NCBI GenBank assembly: GCA_951406725.2
Contig: OX597818.1
Span: 21,390,001-21,454,000 of the forward strand
Origin: Octopus vulgaris
Lineage: Eukaryota
DNA length: 64,000 nt
Reading direction: 5' to 3'
Both the position numbers and the translations under genes were made by a program. Positions 13,248 to 25,499 of the stretch are shown piece by piece (within the stretch, counting starts at the first letter, position 1; each line of letters begins with the position of its first letter). The notes under the pieces are model-generated. The model was not told the origin of the DNA. It did not search any database and saw nothing but the letters and a program-made list of their open reading frames with translations.

Positions 13248-13381
13248 TCAACAATTACTGAATCCAAACCAAATGGGTGGTCAGTATGGTAACCAGTCAT
13301 GGGGTCATGGACTTGATCAGAGCAATAGCTATGGCTATCAGTCTGGTAACAGAGGCTATGGAAATGACAGCATGAACTATG
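13248..13381 (+). CDS. RRM protein exon, prion-like (QQLLNPNQMGGQYGNQSWGHGLDQSNSYGYQSGNRGYGNDSMNY)
   Basis: ttccag acceptor, gtaatt donor, phase 2 to 1. Confidence 0.88.
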
Positions 13382-13717
13382 GTAATTATTGATTCCAAGT
13401 GGATTTCTATTTTGGTGATTTTACTGAAATATATTTTCTCATATTGGATTGAGTGAAGAGGGAGGGTCTCTGTAAATTTTGGGTTTCTTTTGTTTTTCCT
13501 TTCAGCCTTTTGTTGGGTTCACTTAAATGTTCATGTAACGATTTTCAAAGCAATATACTTGTTTTGATAACTTAGTTGATTAAAGATATAAGCAGGGCAT
13601 CTAGCAAAATTATAAAATATAGAAATTACATTTTTCATTGTTTCAAATTAGCATAAAATTTTGTTGGGCATTTTTAAGATTAAATTATAAAAATGTCACT
13701 TGCTGTTTGTTTTTTAA

Positions 13718-13929
13718 CCCTTTCGTTACTGTATTTATTTTGAGATGCTCTGGGTTTCTTTCAATTATTTTGAATATAACAAAGAATTTAGTAAAATAAC
13801 TTAGTCATCATTCAGCTAGTGTAAGGAACATAAATTGTGACTAAAGTTTGGAAGATTTTTATTCAAAACTTATGAAAACAAGACCTTTGTACTACAGAGC
13901 CGGTTTTGGCCGGGTTGGTAACGAAAGGG
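13718..13929. mobile_element. piggyBac MITE (212 bp) with the same TIRs as the 368 and 10378 elements
   Basis: TTAA-CCCTTTCGTTAC...GTAACGAAAGGG-TTAC (right TSD has one mismatch). Confidence 0.88.
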
Positions 13930-14136
13930 TTACAATATTAAAGAAAGCAGCTTTAAGTTAAATTGTATGAGAGTCAATGGATGCTTCTATAAATTTTGTA
14001 AATATTGTGCCAGTTTATTTTTTTTTTACTGAAATGTAATGACCTTGTTATTGAAATCGTCTTTTGAAGATTGATTTGATTTCCTTAACTTGAGTCTTAT
14101 AAATAAGATGATTAGCAGGGAATGTTTGGGCTTGAC

Positions 14137-14255
14137 ATTGAGCCAGTTTGGGTGACATGGTAAAAGCTCACTTTAATTTAGTTAGTGTGTGTGTGTGTGT
14201 ATGTATGTATATATATATATATGTATATATGTATATATATGTATGTATATGTATG

Positions 14256-14291
<36 letters not shown>

Positions 14292-14755
14292 TGTATGTAT
14301 GTATGTATGTATGTATGTATATATATGTATGTATGTATATATATGTATGTATGTATATATATGTATGTATGTATGTATATATATGTATGTATATATTGAG
14401 CCAGTTTGGGTGACATGGTAAAAGCTCACTTTAATTTAGTTAGTGTGTGTGTGTGTGTATGTATGTATATGTATATATATGTATATATGTATATGTATAT
14501 ATATGTATATATGTATATATGTATATGTATATATGTATATGTATATGTATATATATGTATATATATGTATATATATGTATATATATGTATATATATGTAT
14601 ATATATGTATGTATATATGTATGTATATATGTATGTATATATGTATGTATATATGTATGTATATATGTATGTATATATGTATGTATATATGTATGTATAT
14701 ATGTATGTATATATGTATGTATATATGTATGTATATATGTATGTATATATGTATG

Positions 14756-14786
<31 letters not shown>

Positions 14787-15045
14787 ATGTATGTATATAT
14801 GTATATATATATATGTATGTATGTATATATATATATGTATGTATATATATATATGTATATATATATATGTATGTATATATATATATGTATGTATATATAT
14901 ATATGTATGTATGTATATGTATGTATGTATGTATATGTATGTATGTATGTATGTATATGTATGTATGTATGTATGTATATGTATGTATATGTATGTATAT
15001 GTATGTATGTGTATGTATGTGTATGTATATGTATGTATGTGTATG

Positions 15046-15076
<31 letters not shown>

Positions 15077-15080
15077 GTAT

Positions 15081-15116
<36 letters not shown>

Positions 15117-15641
15117 GTATATATATGTATGTATATGTATGTATATGTATGTATATGTATGTATATATATATATATGTATATATATATGTATATATGTAT
15201 ATATATATGTATATATATATGTATATATGTATATATATATGTATATATGTATATATATATGTATATATGTATATATATATGTATATATGTATATATATAT
15301 GTATATATGTATATATATATGTATATATGTATATATATATGTATATATGTATATATATATGTATATATGTATATATATATATATATGTATATATATATGT
15401 ATATATGTATATATATATGTATATATGTATATATATATGTATATATGTATATATATATGTATATATGTATATATATATGTATATATATATATGTATATAT
15501 ATATATGTATATATATATGTATATATATGTATATATATATATATGTATATATATATGTATGTATATATGTATGTATGTATATATATATGTATGTATGTAT
15601 ATATATGTATATATATGTATGTATATGTATGTATATGTATG

Positions 15642-15674
<33 letters not shown>

Positions 15675-15753
15675 GTATATATATATGTATGTATATATGT
15701 ATGTATGTATATATGTATGTATATATATATGTATGTATATATATATGTATGTA

Positions 15754-15789
<36 letters not shown>

Positions 15790-15860
15790 TGTATGTATAT
15801 ATGTGTATGTATGTATATATGTATGTATATATATATATATATGTATGTGTATATATATAT
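14137..15860. repeat. Compound (TA/TG/TATG)n microsatellite, ~1.7 kb, with a duplicated ~50-bp unique flank
   Basis: Almost pure AT/GT dinucleotide and tetranucleotide runs. The flank attgagccagtttgggtgacatgg...gttag occurs at both 14137 and 14395. Confidence 0.97.
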
Positions 15861-16150
15861 AAAATCTTCATATTAAAATATTTTATCAAGACTGAGTTTA
15901 ATTAGAATGACTTTATTGCCTTATATAAATATATTATTTATAAAATTCTCCAAATATGTCAATGATACTTATTCACCACTTCCCCTACTTACCTCTGTGT
16001 ATGCTCTTTGTACAGAATCTACTTAAATGAAAATCAATTTTAGAATTGTCAACTAGTTATTTACTAATTGTTTTGTTTCTCCTCTAACATTCTTGGCTCT
16101 TTTTCTTGCTGAATATTTAACTCTTTCCATCTCATCTACTTTTATAACAG

Positions 16151-16188
16151 ATAACAAACGGAGGAGACAGAACAGAACTAGCTGGTAA
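16151..16188 (+). CDS. RRM protein alternative C-terminal cassette exon (DNKRRRQNRTSW*); exon extends to 16199
   Basis: Strong pyrimidine tract plus aacag acceptor, in frame with the phase-1 upstream exon, TAA at 16186-16188, gtgagt donor at 16200. Confidence 0.7.
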
Positions 16189-16683
16189 AAATACACTTGG
16201 TGAGTTGAACAGTGTTTTAACTTGAACTGTAGGATATGAATATCGGATATTAAAACTTAGGGTTTACAACTAAATTTATATAATATACATGCTGCTGCTA
16301 AATTAACACTGAATTAACATTAAAATTTTAAAGTATACTTACCTGTTAAATGACTTCCTCTTGAACTGCTTATTCATGTCTAATTCAAAAGTATAATATA
16401 AATAGTTGTTTAGATCCTTATTTTCTTGTAACTGGGTTTATATTTTGTAAATATTGACATACAACCATTTTATAACTGCTGTAATGTTCATTAGCATTTA
16501 TGTTATCTATTGTTTTTAGTTTTGAATATTATAGAGTAATCTTTAGTTTTCATATATTTAACATAGTTTTCAGCATATAATTTTAATTACGAAAGTGTTT
16601 TATGTTCAGTAATGAAACCAGGATATATAGTATTGTGGTTTCTATATCCTAATATTTTTTACCTTCTGTAATTTTATTTTCAG

Positions 16684-16736
16684 GCAGCAGTGATTATGGT
16701 GGTTGGGGTGGATCTTACTGGGGAGGCTACAATTAA
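16684..16736 (+). CDS. RRM protein terminal coding exon (GSSDYGGWGGSYWGGYN*)
   Basis: ttttcag acceptor, in frame when spliced from 13381, hnRNP-like G/Y/W tail, TAA at 16734-16736. Confidence 0.8.
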
Positions 16737-16953
16737 TGTTACTCCTATTTTAGATGAATGAAGCACACGGCCATCTATACATTTCATCCATTGATCATTG
16801 TCCTTCAGCAGCTGTTTGTATACAGCAAGCTTCTCACACTATTTTTTTGACTAGTGACTTTCATTGAAAGTTTCTGATAAAACTTATTCGATATTTTACT
16901 GTAAGTAAACCTTTAGTGGCTATTTGCCCATCCCACCCTTATAACTGTCTTCA

Positions 16954-16959
16954 AATAAA
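16954..16959 (+). promoter_or_regulatory. Candidate polyadenylation signal AATAAA
   Basis: AATAAA lies ~220 nt after the stop and is followed by a T-rich tract. The motif is common in AT-rich DNA. Confidence 0.4.
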
Positions 16960-19900
16960 TCAACATACAATATTCTACCAGTCTTTCTCTTTTTTAAATT
17001 TTTTTACTGGAAATTGATTTACTAGAGCACTTTGAGAAATTGCTTTTGGTTGCAAGTTTTATTCAAAAATGACAAAAGTTGAATCTTTTCAAAGTTAATA
17101 TCTTTTCAAAGTAAATATTCAGTACAAAAGAAAAGAAATATAATTGGAATAGTTGGAAATATGAACTGGAAGCTCAGTTATGGCACTGGTGGTGAAGGGA
17201 CATGCTGAAGCAGGGTTTGATCAGGTTGTCTGCATTTCTTTGAAAGAGGAATGGAGGTTCCAGAAAAGTAGTAGTATCAGGTTGAAGGTATTGAAACCTC
17301 ACCAACAGGGAAATGTGGAACAGTCTCATTCAATCCTTTTTATTGAGAAGTGAGGACAGTATATTGTACGAGTTGGATGGTACAAAGTAAATTTAAGCTT
17401 GAACCTGTTGAAACTCAAGAAATTGATTAGCATTCAAAATGAAAATTGTTCATGAGTAACAGACTGTGTTCTTGATACTATGGCAGTATGATTGGAATAA
17501 AACCAATGGATTGGATGAACATTAGGATCTCAAAAGAATTAGTTTGCTACAAGATTCTTTGATGTGTACCCCATTGACTGTGCGAACTATTCTACTGGCA
17601 TGCAAGCTCCTGGTAAGGTCTCCCATTTTGGACATCTCAAAAGATAGAGGCCAGTCCAACATAGACCACTTTGTCAGAGGTGAAAATGGATTTCTGTAGG
17701 GGCCATAACAGAATCCTTGATGATAATTCATTATAACTGGAGAAAAGTCATTGATGGCCTATCCTCCGTGGGGAATGAAGGGTTTGAGTAATGTATCAGA
17801 AGTTGTGTAGTTAGGGTTCCTACATATCTTAGGAACTGACACAGTTTAGGGGGAGTAGTGGTGCAGTGAAAGAACTAAACAGAAAATCTGTCGTCATTCA
17901 GAATGATGCTGTAGTGAAATTTTGTATTCATAGCGATTTGGTAAGGAAAAAGCTGTGGGGTGCTGGGTTCTTCAATGTTGCTAATTTGAACCATTTTTGT
18001 CATACCACCGCAAGACTGGCTACTTAGTGTAGGCATGTAAAAGCACCTACTACACTCTCGGAGTGGTTGGTGTTAGGAAGGGCATCCAGCTGTAGAAACT
18101 CTGCCAGATCAAGACAGCCTGGTTCACCAGCCCAGTCAAACCATCCAACCCATGCTAGCATTAAACGATGATGATTAGTTTCTTAGAATATTCAGAACAA
18201 CCTATTTCAAGTAACATTCTTAGATCTATTATTTATACCAAGTTTCTATATTCTACCAGAATTGCATACTTGTAGTGCTTCATCAGACTACATTACATGG
18301 CAGTATTTCCTTTTATTTTCTCAATTCAGTATTGAGGGTTATACAAAAAGTTACTAGACAGGAAAAAATCAGTTTGGCTAGAAAATTGTGCATATTATTA
18401 AACTTCACTCTTTCCATAGACATTTATTAGTAATCCTGGTAAAAATACTGGACCAGTTGCGTTGCAAATACCAATAACCAAAGTTTAATTAACCCTTTTT
18501 GTATTGTACATGAATTACAAAGGCTAGTATGATTGCTATAGGTTCAAAAGTCTTGTTGCATTCAGGAAGGTAAGTAACTCTGCTTGCTCCAGATTAATTA
18601 GTAAAATAACCTACTTACAACAAATATTGGTAAAATCTGGCCCGAGTTATGTCCCTTACATTTTACGCTGCTGCCGATATATAATCTCTTAAATTGATTG
18701 CATACTATCTGGAACTTTCTATCATAACTATGTGTATCTTAGTTCCGCCATCTGAAGTAGATAGTGAAGTTATAACTTGAATACCTTGTGACCAGATATG
18801 TCCTTGACTAGATTGATTTGATGCTATACAACTCCATATTAAACCAGCCTACTTGTGTAATGCTGATGATTACTTGGTGTGGTGAATTGCAGAGGTATGG
18901 ATTATACGAAGTTGTTTGAAGACATACCATAAATCTGCTCTATCAGCATCATATGACCGGTTTGTTTTTTTTCAGAGTTGCTAAGACTGAAAGGAAATTG
19001 TCCTTGAACTGCTTGCAACAGTGGAATATGCTGAAAGTATTCAAAAAGGCCATGAAGTGGTGTTAAACTAGGTGACATAAAGGTTATCATCGGTCCCTGT
19101 GTCAGGCTTCTATACCAAATTTCATTTACAGGGCTTCGGTTCCATTTGAGGATATGGTTGAAGACACTTGGCCAAAGTGCTTCGCAGTGGGATCAAATCC
19201 CAAACTACATTGTTGCTAAGTGAAATTCTTAGATATATAGCCATACTTTACACAACCTAAAGATATGTAAAAGCAACTAACATCTGTCAATTTGACAGTG
19301 CTATCACATTTTAAAGAAGCAAGTCATTGTTACATTACAATAACATTTTAGAGGTAAGTGCCCTTGTCAAATGTGTTGGCTACAGATGTAATAAAAATGT
19401 TAGCGACCAGATGTGAACTTTTAATCTCTTGGTTGCTTGCCTGGTACTAAAGAGTAAAAACTGGGCAACATTTAGTCCAATACTCACTGGTATTAGACTA
19501 TATATAAGAAGACCAGAAATTGGTACAATTTGTATGTGGTTACTTGAATTCCAGCAAATAGAAGAAACAATCTCCCAGTGGCATAAAGTTAATTGTCAAA
19601 TGTCATAATTTCCACTCTTAAAATTTTTTTTTGCTCCATCTGAACTGCAAAGAATGCCCTCCAAAATCTGAGAATTGACTTAAAAAAAACAGCAATTAAG
19701 TTTGTTGACTTTTCAGTATTGCAGCCTTTCACATAAAGATGGCATTTTCATTGTTCTCTCCCTCACTTGCACATGTAAGAATGCAAAAATTTATGTTTAA
19801 TATCAAACCCCTTCTCCCCACCAAGCTTGATAGAAGTGTTTGTTTCAACAAAGGGAAGGGATGTATTAGCAGAATATAGATGTGTATGTTCGAAATTACA

Positions 19901-20326
19901 AACTTAGAATTATGCAACAGTAGAGTAGAGTGATATATGAGATCAATCTCAAAAAGGAAATCACACATGAAATGTATGTTCAATACTAAAGACCCTTCTA
20001 CACTGACATTTGACAGGTGTTTCTCTTGAGAGAAATGGATGAGTGAGGAGGCGGAAAGAATAAATATATATAAGGTTAATTGAAAGTGCTGTCACTTCTT
20101 CCCAAAAAGGGTTAGTAACATCCTTATAAAAGATTTTAGAACTTTTTTTTTTAAATCCTCTTTATACTTAACTGCATTAAGTAATTTTCATAAAGACTGT
20201 ATTAAGAGAGGTATTGGTATCCAGAAGACCCAAGGTGGTAGGTGAGTGCTATGGAAGGATGGATGTCAAACTCTTGGTTTGATAATGAGTGAGGAGTCTG
20301 ATACAAGTCTTGTATGAACATGTATA

Positions 20327-20600
20327 TCATCATCATCGTTGTTTAATGTCCGTTTTCCATGCTAGCATGGGTTGGATGGTTCGATCGGGATCTGGGAAGC
20401 CAGAAGGCTGCACCAGGCCCCAGTCTGATCTGGCAGTGTTTCTACAGCTGGATGCCCTTCCTAGCGCTAACCACTCCGTGAGTGTAGTGGGTGCATTTTA
20501 CGTGCCAGGTGAGGCTAGCAATGGCCACGATTGGATTGGTGCTTTTTATGTGCCACCAGCATCGGCCACGTTCAGATGGTGCTTTTTACGTGCCATCCAT
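20327..20600. mobile_element. SINE/retro-derived repeat family C ((CAT)n-tailed; catcatcgtttaacgtccg...)
   Basis: Homologous to 37700-37980 and 47020-47432, and to opposite-orientation copies at about 18040-18175, 44140-44340, 50750-51030 and 55200-55700. Confidence 0.8.
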
Positions 20601-20605
20601 CCATT

Positions 20606-21300
20606 TTTTCTGGTCCACTCTTCCTGGGAGGGTTGTAGGAGTAGAGTCTTCAGGCACCTCCTCCATAGGGTCATATCTTTTCAACTGGATTCCTTAGTGA
20701 AATCAACTAAGGCTATGGATACTATCTAATCCTCTCATTTTTGGCCTACCCTTGGTTTCCAACTGGTTGGTTTAGCTTGAATTATCTGTTTTGTGACTTT
20801 CTAATCACATGTGGTATCGGAGCTGTGAACTCTCAATGTAGAGAAGTAGCCGCTTGACATGGAGAGACTCTGAGCTATGTACCATGTTGACTAACATTAT
20901 TCCAGAGATCTGGAGGATCTGTATTTTGGCTGCATGTTAATATAATCACATTCAGTCATTATCCAATATTCATGACGATAGGTGAGGATAGGCACAAAAG
21001 CCAAAGTGAAGATAGCAAGTTTGGCTTTTCTACTAACTTCTCTTCTGAGGAATGGATGCTGCAGCTGGCACATCACTGTGCCCATCACTTGCAATTCTAG
21101 CATCCAATTCAGCTTCCTGCTTCCCATCAAGCAACATCTGTTCCAAAGTATCCCTGTACCAGGATATCTCTGAGCTGGAAGGTGTACAGCACAGAACTCT
21201 AGTAAGGCTTCTCCATTCACATTGAGTTCAGGGTTACCATTTCTCCCTATCACTTTACAGTGGCACCAAAGGGGTTTCTATAGGAAGTACATGACTCCAG
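20606..21300 (-). mobile_element. Degenerate RTE (Rex3/Expander-like) LINE fragment with internal deletion
   Basis: ORF 20897..21253 joins an APE-region motif IGRNGNPELNVNGEALLEFCA to a post-RT motif REVSRKAKLAIF...VPILTYRHEYWIMTE. Confidence 0.72.
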
Positions 21301-21710
21301 CAGCCAGACTACATCTATGATTGATCTCTCAGGTCTGATCTCCATTGTTTGTAACTGTGGAGCCCGGAAGATGAAGGAGCTGACAAACTTCATGATGTCA
21401 GGGCCAATATAGAGAGGGGGAAGGTCAGGCCACCACTGACATGCATCAGCTTAGTCTTTGTCCAACTCACCTATATATATGTGTATATATATATATATAT
21501 TTTTATATATCCAGGCCAGTTCCCCATTTTTTTAGGAGTTGGGTAGCCACAACAAGACACACACCAAACATTCCATTCATTTCCCAGCTCAAAGAGGCGA
21601 ACCCCATTCTATCCTCGGGTCAAGGCATAGAATGCAACCCCCGATATCAGCAGTGGGGCCTGACAGCAAAGGCTGGTTTACCCCTGCTGCATAATGCTGG
21701 TTCTATACCT

Positions 21711-22230
21711 CTTTGAGCAACATCAAATTCACTCATCTGTCCACAAACACTCTCCAAGCTTTCCTATCATTTATAAACTCTCTTGCCTCTCTCACTCCAA
21801 CACCTCTAACCACCAAAGCTTTCATTACTCCATTCATCCATCCACACAGACCAAGGTCTGCTTCTGTTTCTGTTGCCTACCACTTCTACCTTCCCATCCG
21901 CTCCATGTGGCCAAACCACCTTAAAATTCGTCTATCCATTTTGGTTGTTAGTTTTTCTCTTATTCCTGCTCGCCTTCGCACCTCCTCATTCATCATCTTG
22001 TCCATCCATGTCACACTAACCATAGCCCTCAGACATCTCAAACACATCTAGTTGCCCCCTTTCCACCTCTCCTAGCCCCATGTCTTTGCACCATATAACA
22101 TTGTCAGCACAATCATGCTCTCATACTCAGCTCTTTTCACTTTCATACTCAACTGTTTTAGCTCTCAGCATACCTTTCACAACTCCAAGTATCTTACTCT
22201 CTCCATTACTCTGTACACCACTTCCTCTGC
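21711..22230 (-). mobile_element. RTE-clade LINE 3' fragment
   Basis: Minus strand encodes LRWFGHMERM...GRP/W...DRKAWRVFV, the typical RTE C-terminus. Confidence 0.72.
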
Positions 22231-25200
22231 CAACCCCACTGGGTATGACTATAAACTACATCTGGTAGTGGGACCCTGGTTTCAAGGGTTTGAAGAGTTT
22301 GGAACCACCTCTTAGCCACTATTGTTCCCAGGTCTACTCTGGCCCAGAGTGGTAGCACCTATAAGGGTCCCAGCTGTGAGTTAACTAGCAAACCCCCTGC
22401 GCCTGAGGGGAGGGCGGTAGAATGCAGTTGCCATATTCCCTGCATGGTGTAAGAGACAACTAAAAGGGGCAACAATGAAGGGACTGGGAATCTGCTAGTA
22501 ATTTCATATTTTTAAAGAGACAAGAAAAAATATATATACACACACAAGTATTCACAAGGGTCAGTGGACGATGTTGTGATGTTGAAGGAACTAAGGACTA
22601 ACGGAAATTACTAGAATTTAATCATAGATATAAACTTAGACACAGCTGGGACATTAAGCCACACACACCTAGGTTCTAGATTTATCTTCACTCAGGTTTT
22701 CAGCTTCTTTTCAATCAAATGTATTGAATTATCTTATTTTCAACTCTTTTTGTGGCAGTTGTCTTGTAGGTTTCTTTCACTGAAAATTTGATTGAGGTTC
22801 AAACTATTGATTTTAAATGAGGTTCTTTTTTAACTAAATTGTTCCGTTGTTTCAGTTATCTCTTGAGGTAACAGGAACTGAATTGTTTAAATAATACCTT
22901 TTATAATGATTGTGGAAGAGTAATTAGATTAGATTTCTGGTAGTTAGAGATGGTTGTAGCAGGAGTGTCTTTAATTATAAGATTTAGTAGATAAGGACTG
23001 ACCTGATGTGAACAAAGAAATATAGTAGCTGTGTGTGTGTGTGTGTGCGCATGCAAACAATTTTGAAATAGCAACCAAATCTCCCTCTAATCATTCTTAT
23101 ATCCTCAATAGCCAATTATATAAGTGTGCTAAAATATCCCATTTTTAAGCTGGTCATTCTTGGTGTTTCAATAGCCTTGTAGATAAAGCTGTTGATAAGT
23201 AGAAACATAATATAAAGGTGAGGTTTCAATCTCAACCAGGAATAACATGGGAGCCTTGTTAAAATTTTAAAAAATTTTTCTAAAGATGAACAAAAAAAAT
23301 TTTAAACCTTAGCTACACCCTGGCAGTTGTGAACCTTGGACAGGGTGTCCATGGTGCAGCTGTTTACATAAACCTTTACCTATGAGTGTATTGGAAGAAG
23401 TTCTCAGTCAGTGTGAAATTTCTTAACTTCAGACTTCATAAAGATGAAGATTATAAGGAGAAATCAACACTCAGTATGAATTGCAGAGAAGTCTTAACAC
23501 AATAAGAAACAGAAGAAAGGCTTGAAGGAAAAAAAGAGAATAAGAATTCAATGAAATGAAAATGAAATACAAGAAAATGGAGCAAAGATTGAGAGTTACT
23601 GAAGGAGACAGAAACAACCCCCATCATTTCTTTTATAGGTACTAAACTAGTTTAGATATAATAGATCAACAAGGATAAAGGTGTGTTGCTTCACCAAAAG
23701 CATAAATATTTTATTTCATGTTTTAACATTCAGTACATAGTTGTTGCTCTTTTTTTGTTTTGTTTTATTTTTATTTAAAGAAAAAATGTCACAGATATGC
23801 AATAAATATGGAAGAGGAAACAACAACAATAGCAGCAACAAAGAACATTCAAAAGTTAAATAAACATTAGAAATAACTGCAGAATAGGAGCGATTTTCAT
23901 CAATAGTTACACTTCAAATTTCTTCAGAAATTATCTCCCTTCTAAGTCTAAGTCTATGCTCTTGTATAACTTCATTGTATTAGAAGTCCATTTCCTTAAC
24001 ATTTTTAGGAAAGTAAGGCTATGAAATGTATATATTTGGTGGAGTCTCCTGTCGTAAATATCAGAGGAGGGTTCCACACCTTGTTGTTGAACAACATGTT
24101 TATAGTGACCAAATGTTTATGCTGTTACATGAACTCCCTCCCTCCATCAAATTGACATTACCTGTACAGGTGCACAGTGTTCCACATATCAGATGCTGAC
24201 ACTGCCTGCTCTGGGAACCAAAACCATGATCTTGCAAGTGCCAGTGCAACCACTTGGTCATGCAGCTTAATGAACACACACATACACAAATGTTTCAAAT
24301 ATTTTTTTAAAGCCAAACAATGCAAGTTGTAAAAAAATTAATAGGGTTGATGGTTTGTTCTATTCCTTGGTATTTCAATATTTCTGGATTAGGACCCAAA
24401 ATTTATGGAAAAAAGGTGCTGATAACCAATTTCTTCATAAACTTCCTGAAGAATGGATTCTAACCCTATTGACATACTAGGTAACAGTGAAAACCACTGA
24501 CCTGTATTATTTATTTTTTTATAATTTACCATGTTTTGGCTTTAAAAAATATTTATATACATCAGACAATGCTTTATAAACACTAAACTATTCTAACACA
24601 CACACATTAATGAAGTGTCAAGTCCACTTTTGTAACCAATGGAGAAATAGTTAACTCTGAAATGAATGATACAGTAGCTGAAGTCAACAAGGAGGGAGTC
24701 CTTATGCAGTGTCACATGCAAGAAAGCTAGCAGGATTTCAATATTGCATCTGCTAACACAACTGCACATAAAGTAGAAATTGTTTTTATGTTTCAGCAAT
24801 TTTATTTCTAAAAAAAAATTAAAGTAATTCCAATACTGTTCTTATCATGTTTATTTTTTAATTTTGGGAGATAATTTGATAACCAAAGGAAAAGAAATAT
24901 GTAATACTTTTCTTCTTTTCCAAATTAATTTGTGTAGACTTAGGCAGGTGTTAACAATTTTCAATAGAACACCTCAAAATTGAAAGAAGAGGTAAAAAAT
25001 CCTATACTGCAACTAACATCAGTTTCCCTTCAAATATATATAACATAAACAAACAGTAAAAATGGATTAATAATTTAAAAAAATAAATGAAAATATAATC
25101 TTGACAGCTCAATCATTTTATGTTTAATACTGAGATAAAACATAAAATGTATGATTTATGATCAATTTGGTGATTTATTTAATTGTAAAGCTGGATTTAT

Positions 25201-25499
25201 TTGAGCAAATTGGAAGATATAATTACATCATCTTTGAAGTAAATTTAGTTTTAAAAACAATTTTGATATTTTTTTTTCAATGCAATGCCATGCTTATTAA
25301 ATATGTAATAAATTTGGAATATCAAAAAAAAAAAAATTGCAATTATTTTTTTTTCCACAACCACTGTAATTTGTAGTAGTCTTTCTCTGTTTAAGTGAGA
25401 GATTGACATCTCTCAATCACTTACAATGCCTTCTTTATATTCTGGCAGACAGAAAAGAAACAAAAAAACAACAACAACAACAGAGTCTGACTGTACTAA

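Larger units (their letters stand above)
4365..16736 (+). other. Multi-exon gene (5' end not identified in the window): RNA-binding protein with two RRMs and a G/Y/N/Q-rich low-complexity tail, nucleolin/hnRNP-like
   Basis: 13 exons with GT-AG boundaries and compatible phases give one open frame. RRM-a is divergent (RKGFMRMKF), RRM-b has RNP2 LYVNNI and RNP1 QGYAMVEC, followed by a basic/R-G region and a GQYG/GYG-rich tail. Confidence 0.88.

Noticed and set aside
14148-15905. Long ORFs (470-499 aa) on both strands
   Set aside because: They are translations of a TA/TG microsatellite that lacks stop codons (Y/I/M/C/V/H/T only), not genes.
17140-19090. Possible fossil transposase or retroelement coding remnants (e.g. 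QGHIWSQG on the minus strand)
   Set aside because: Only isolated weak motifs with many stops. The family cannot be supported without a translated search.
22393-22472. Possible structured RNA or ribozyme motif (ggcggtagaa...ccctgcatggtgtaagagacaactaaaagggg) near the RTE fragments
   Set aside because: It resembles a motif I recall from invertebrate retroelements, but this copy is degenerate and I could not fit it to HDV, twister, pistol or hammerhead folds by eye. An Infernal search is needed.
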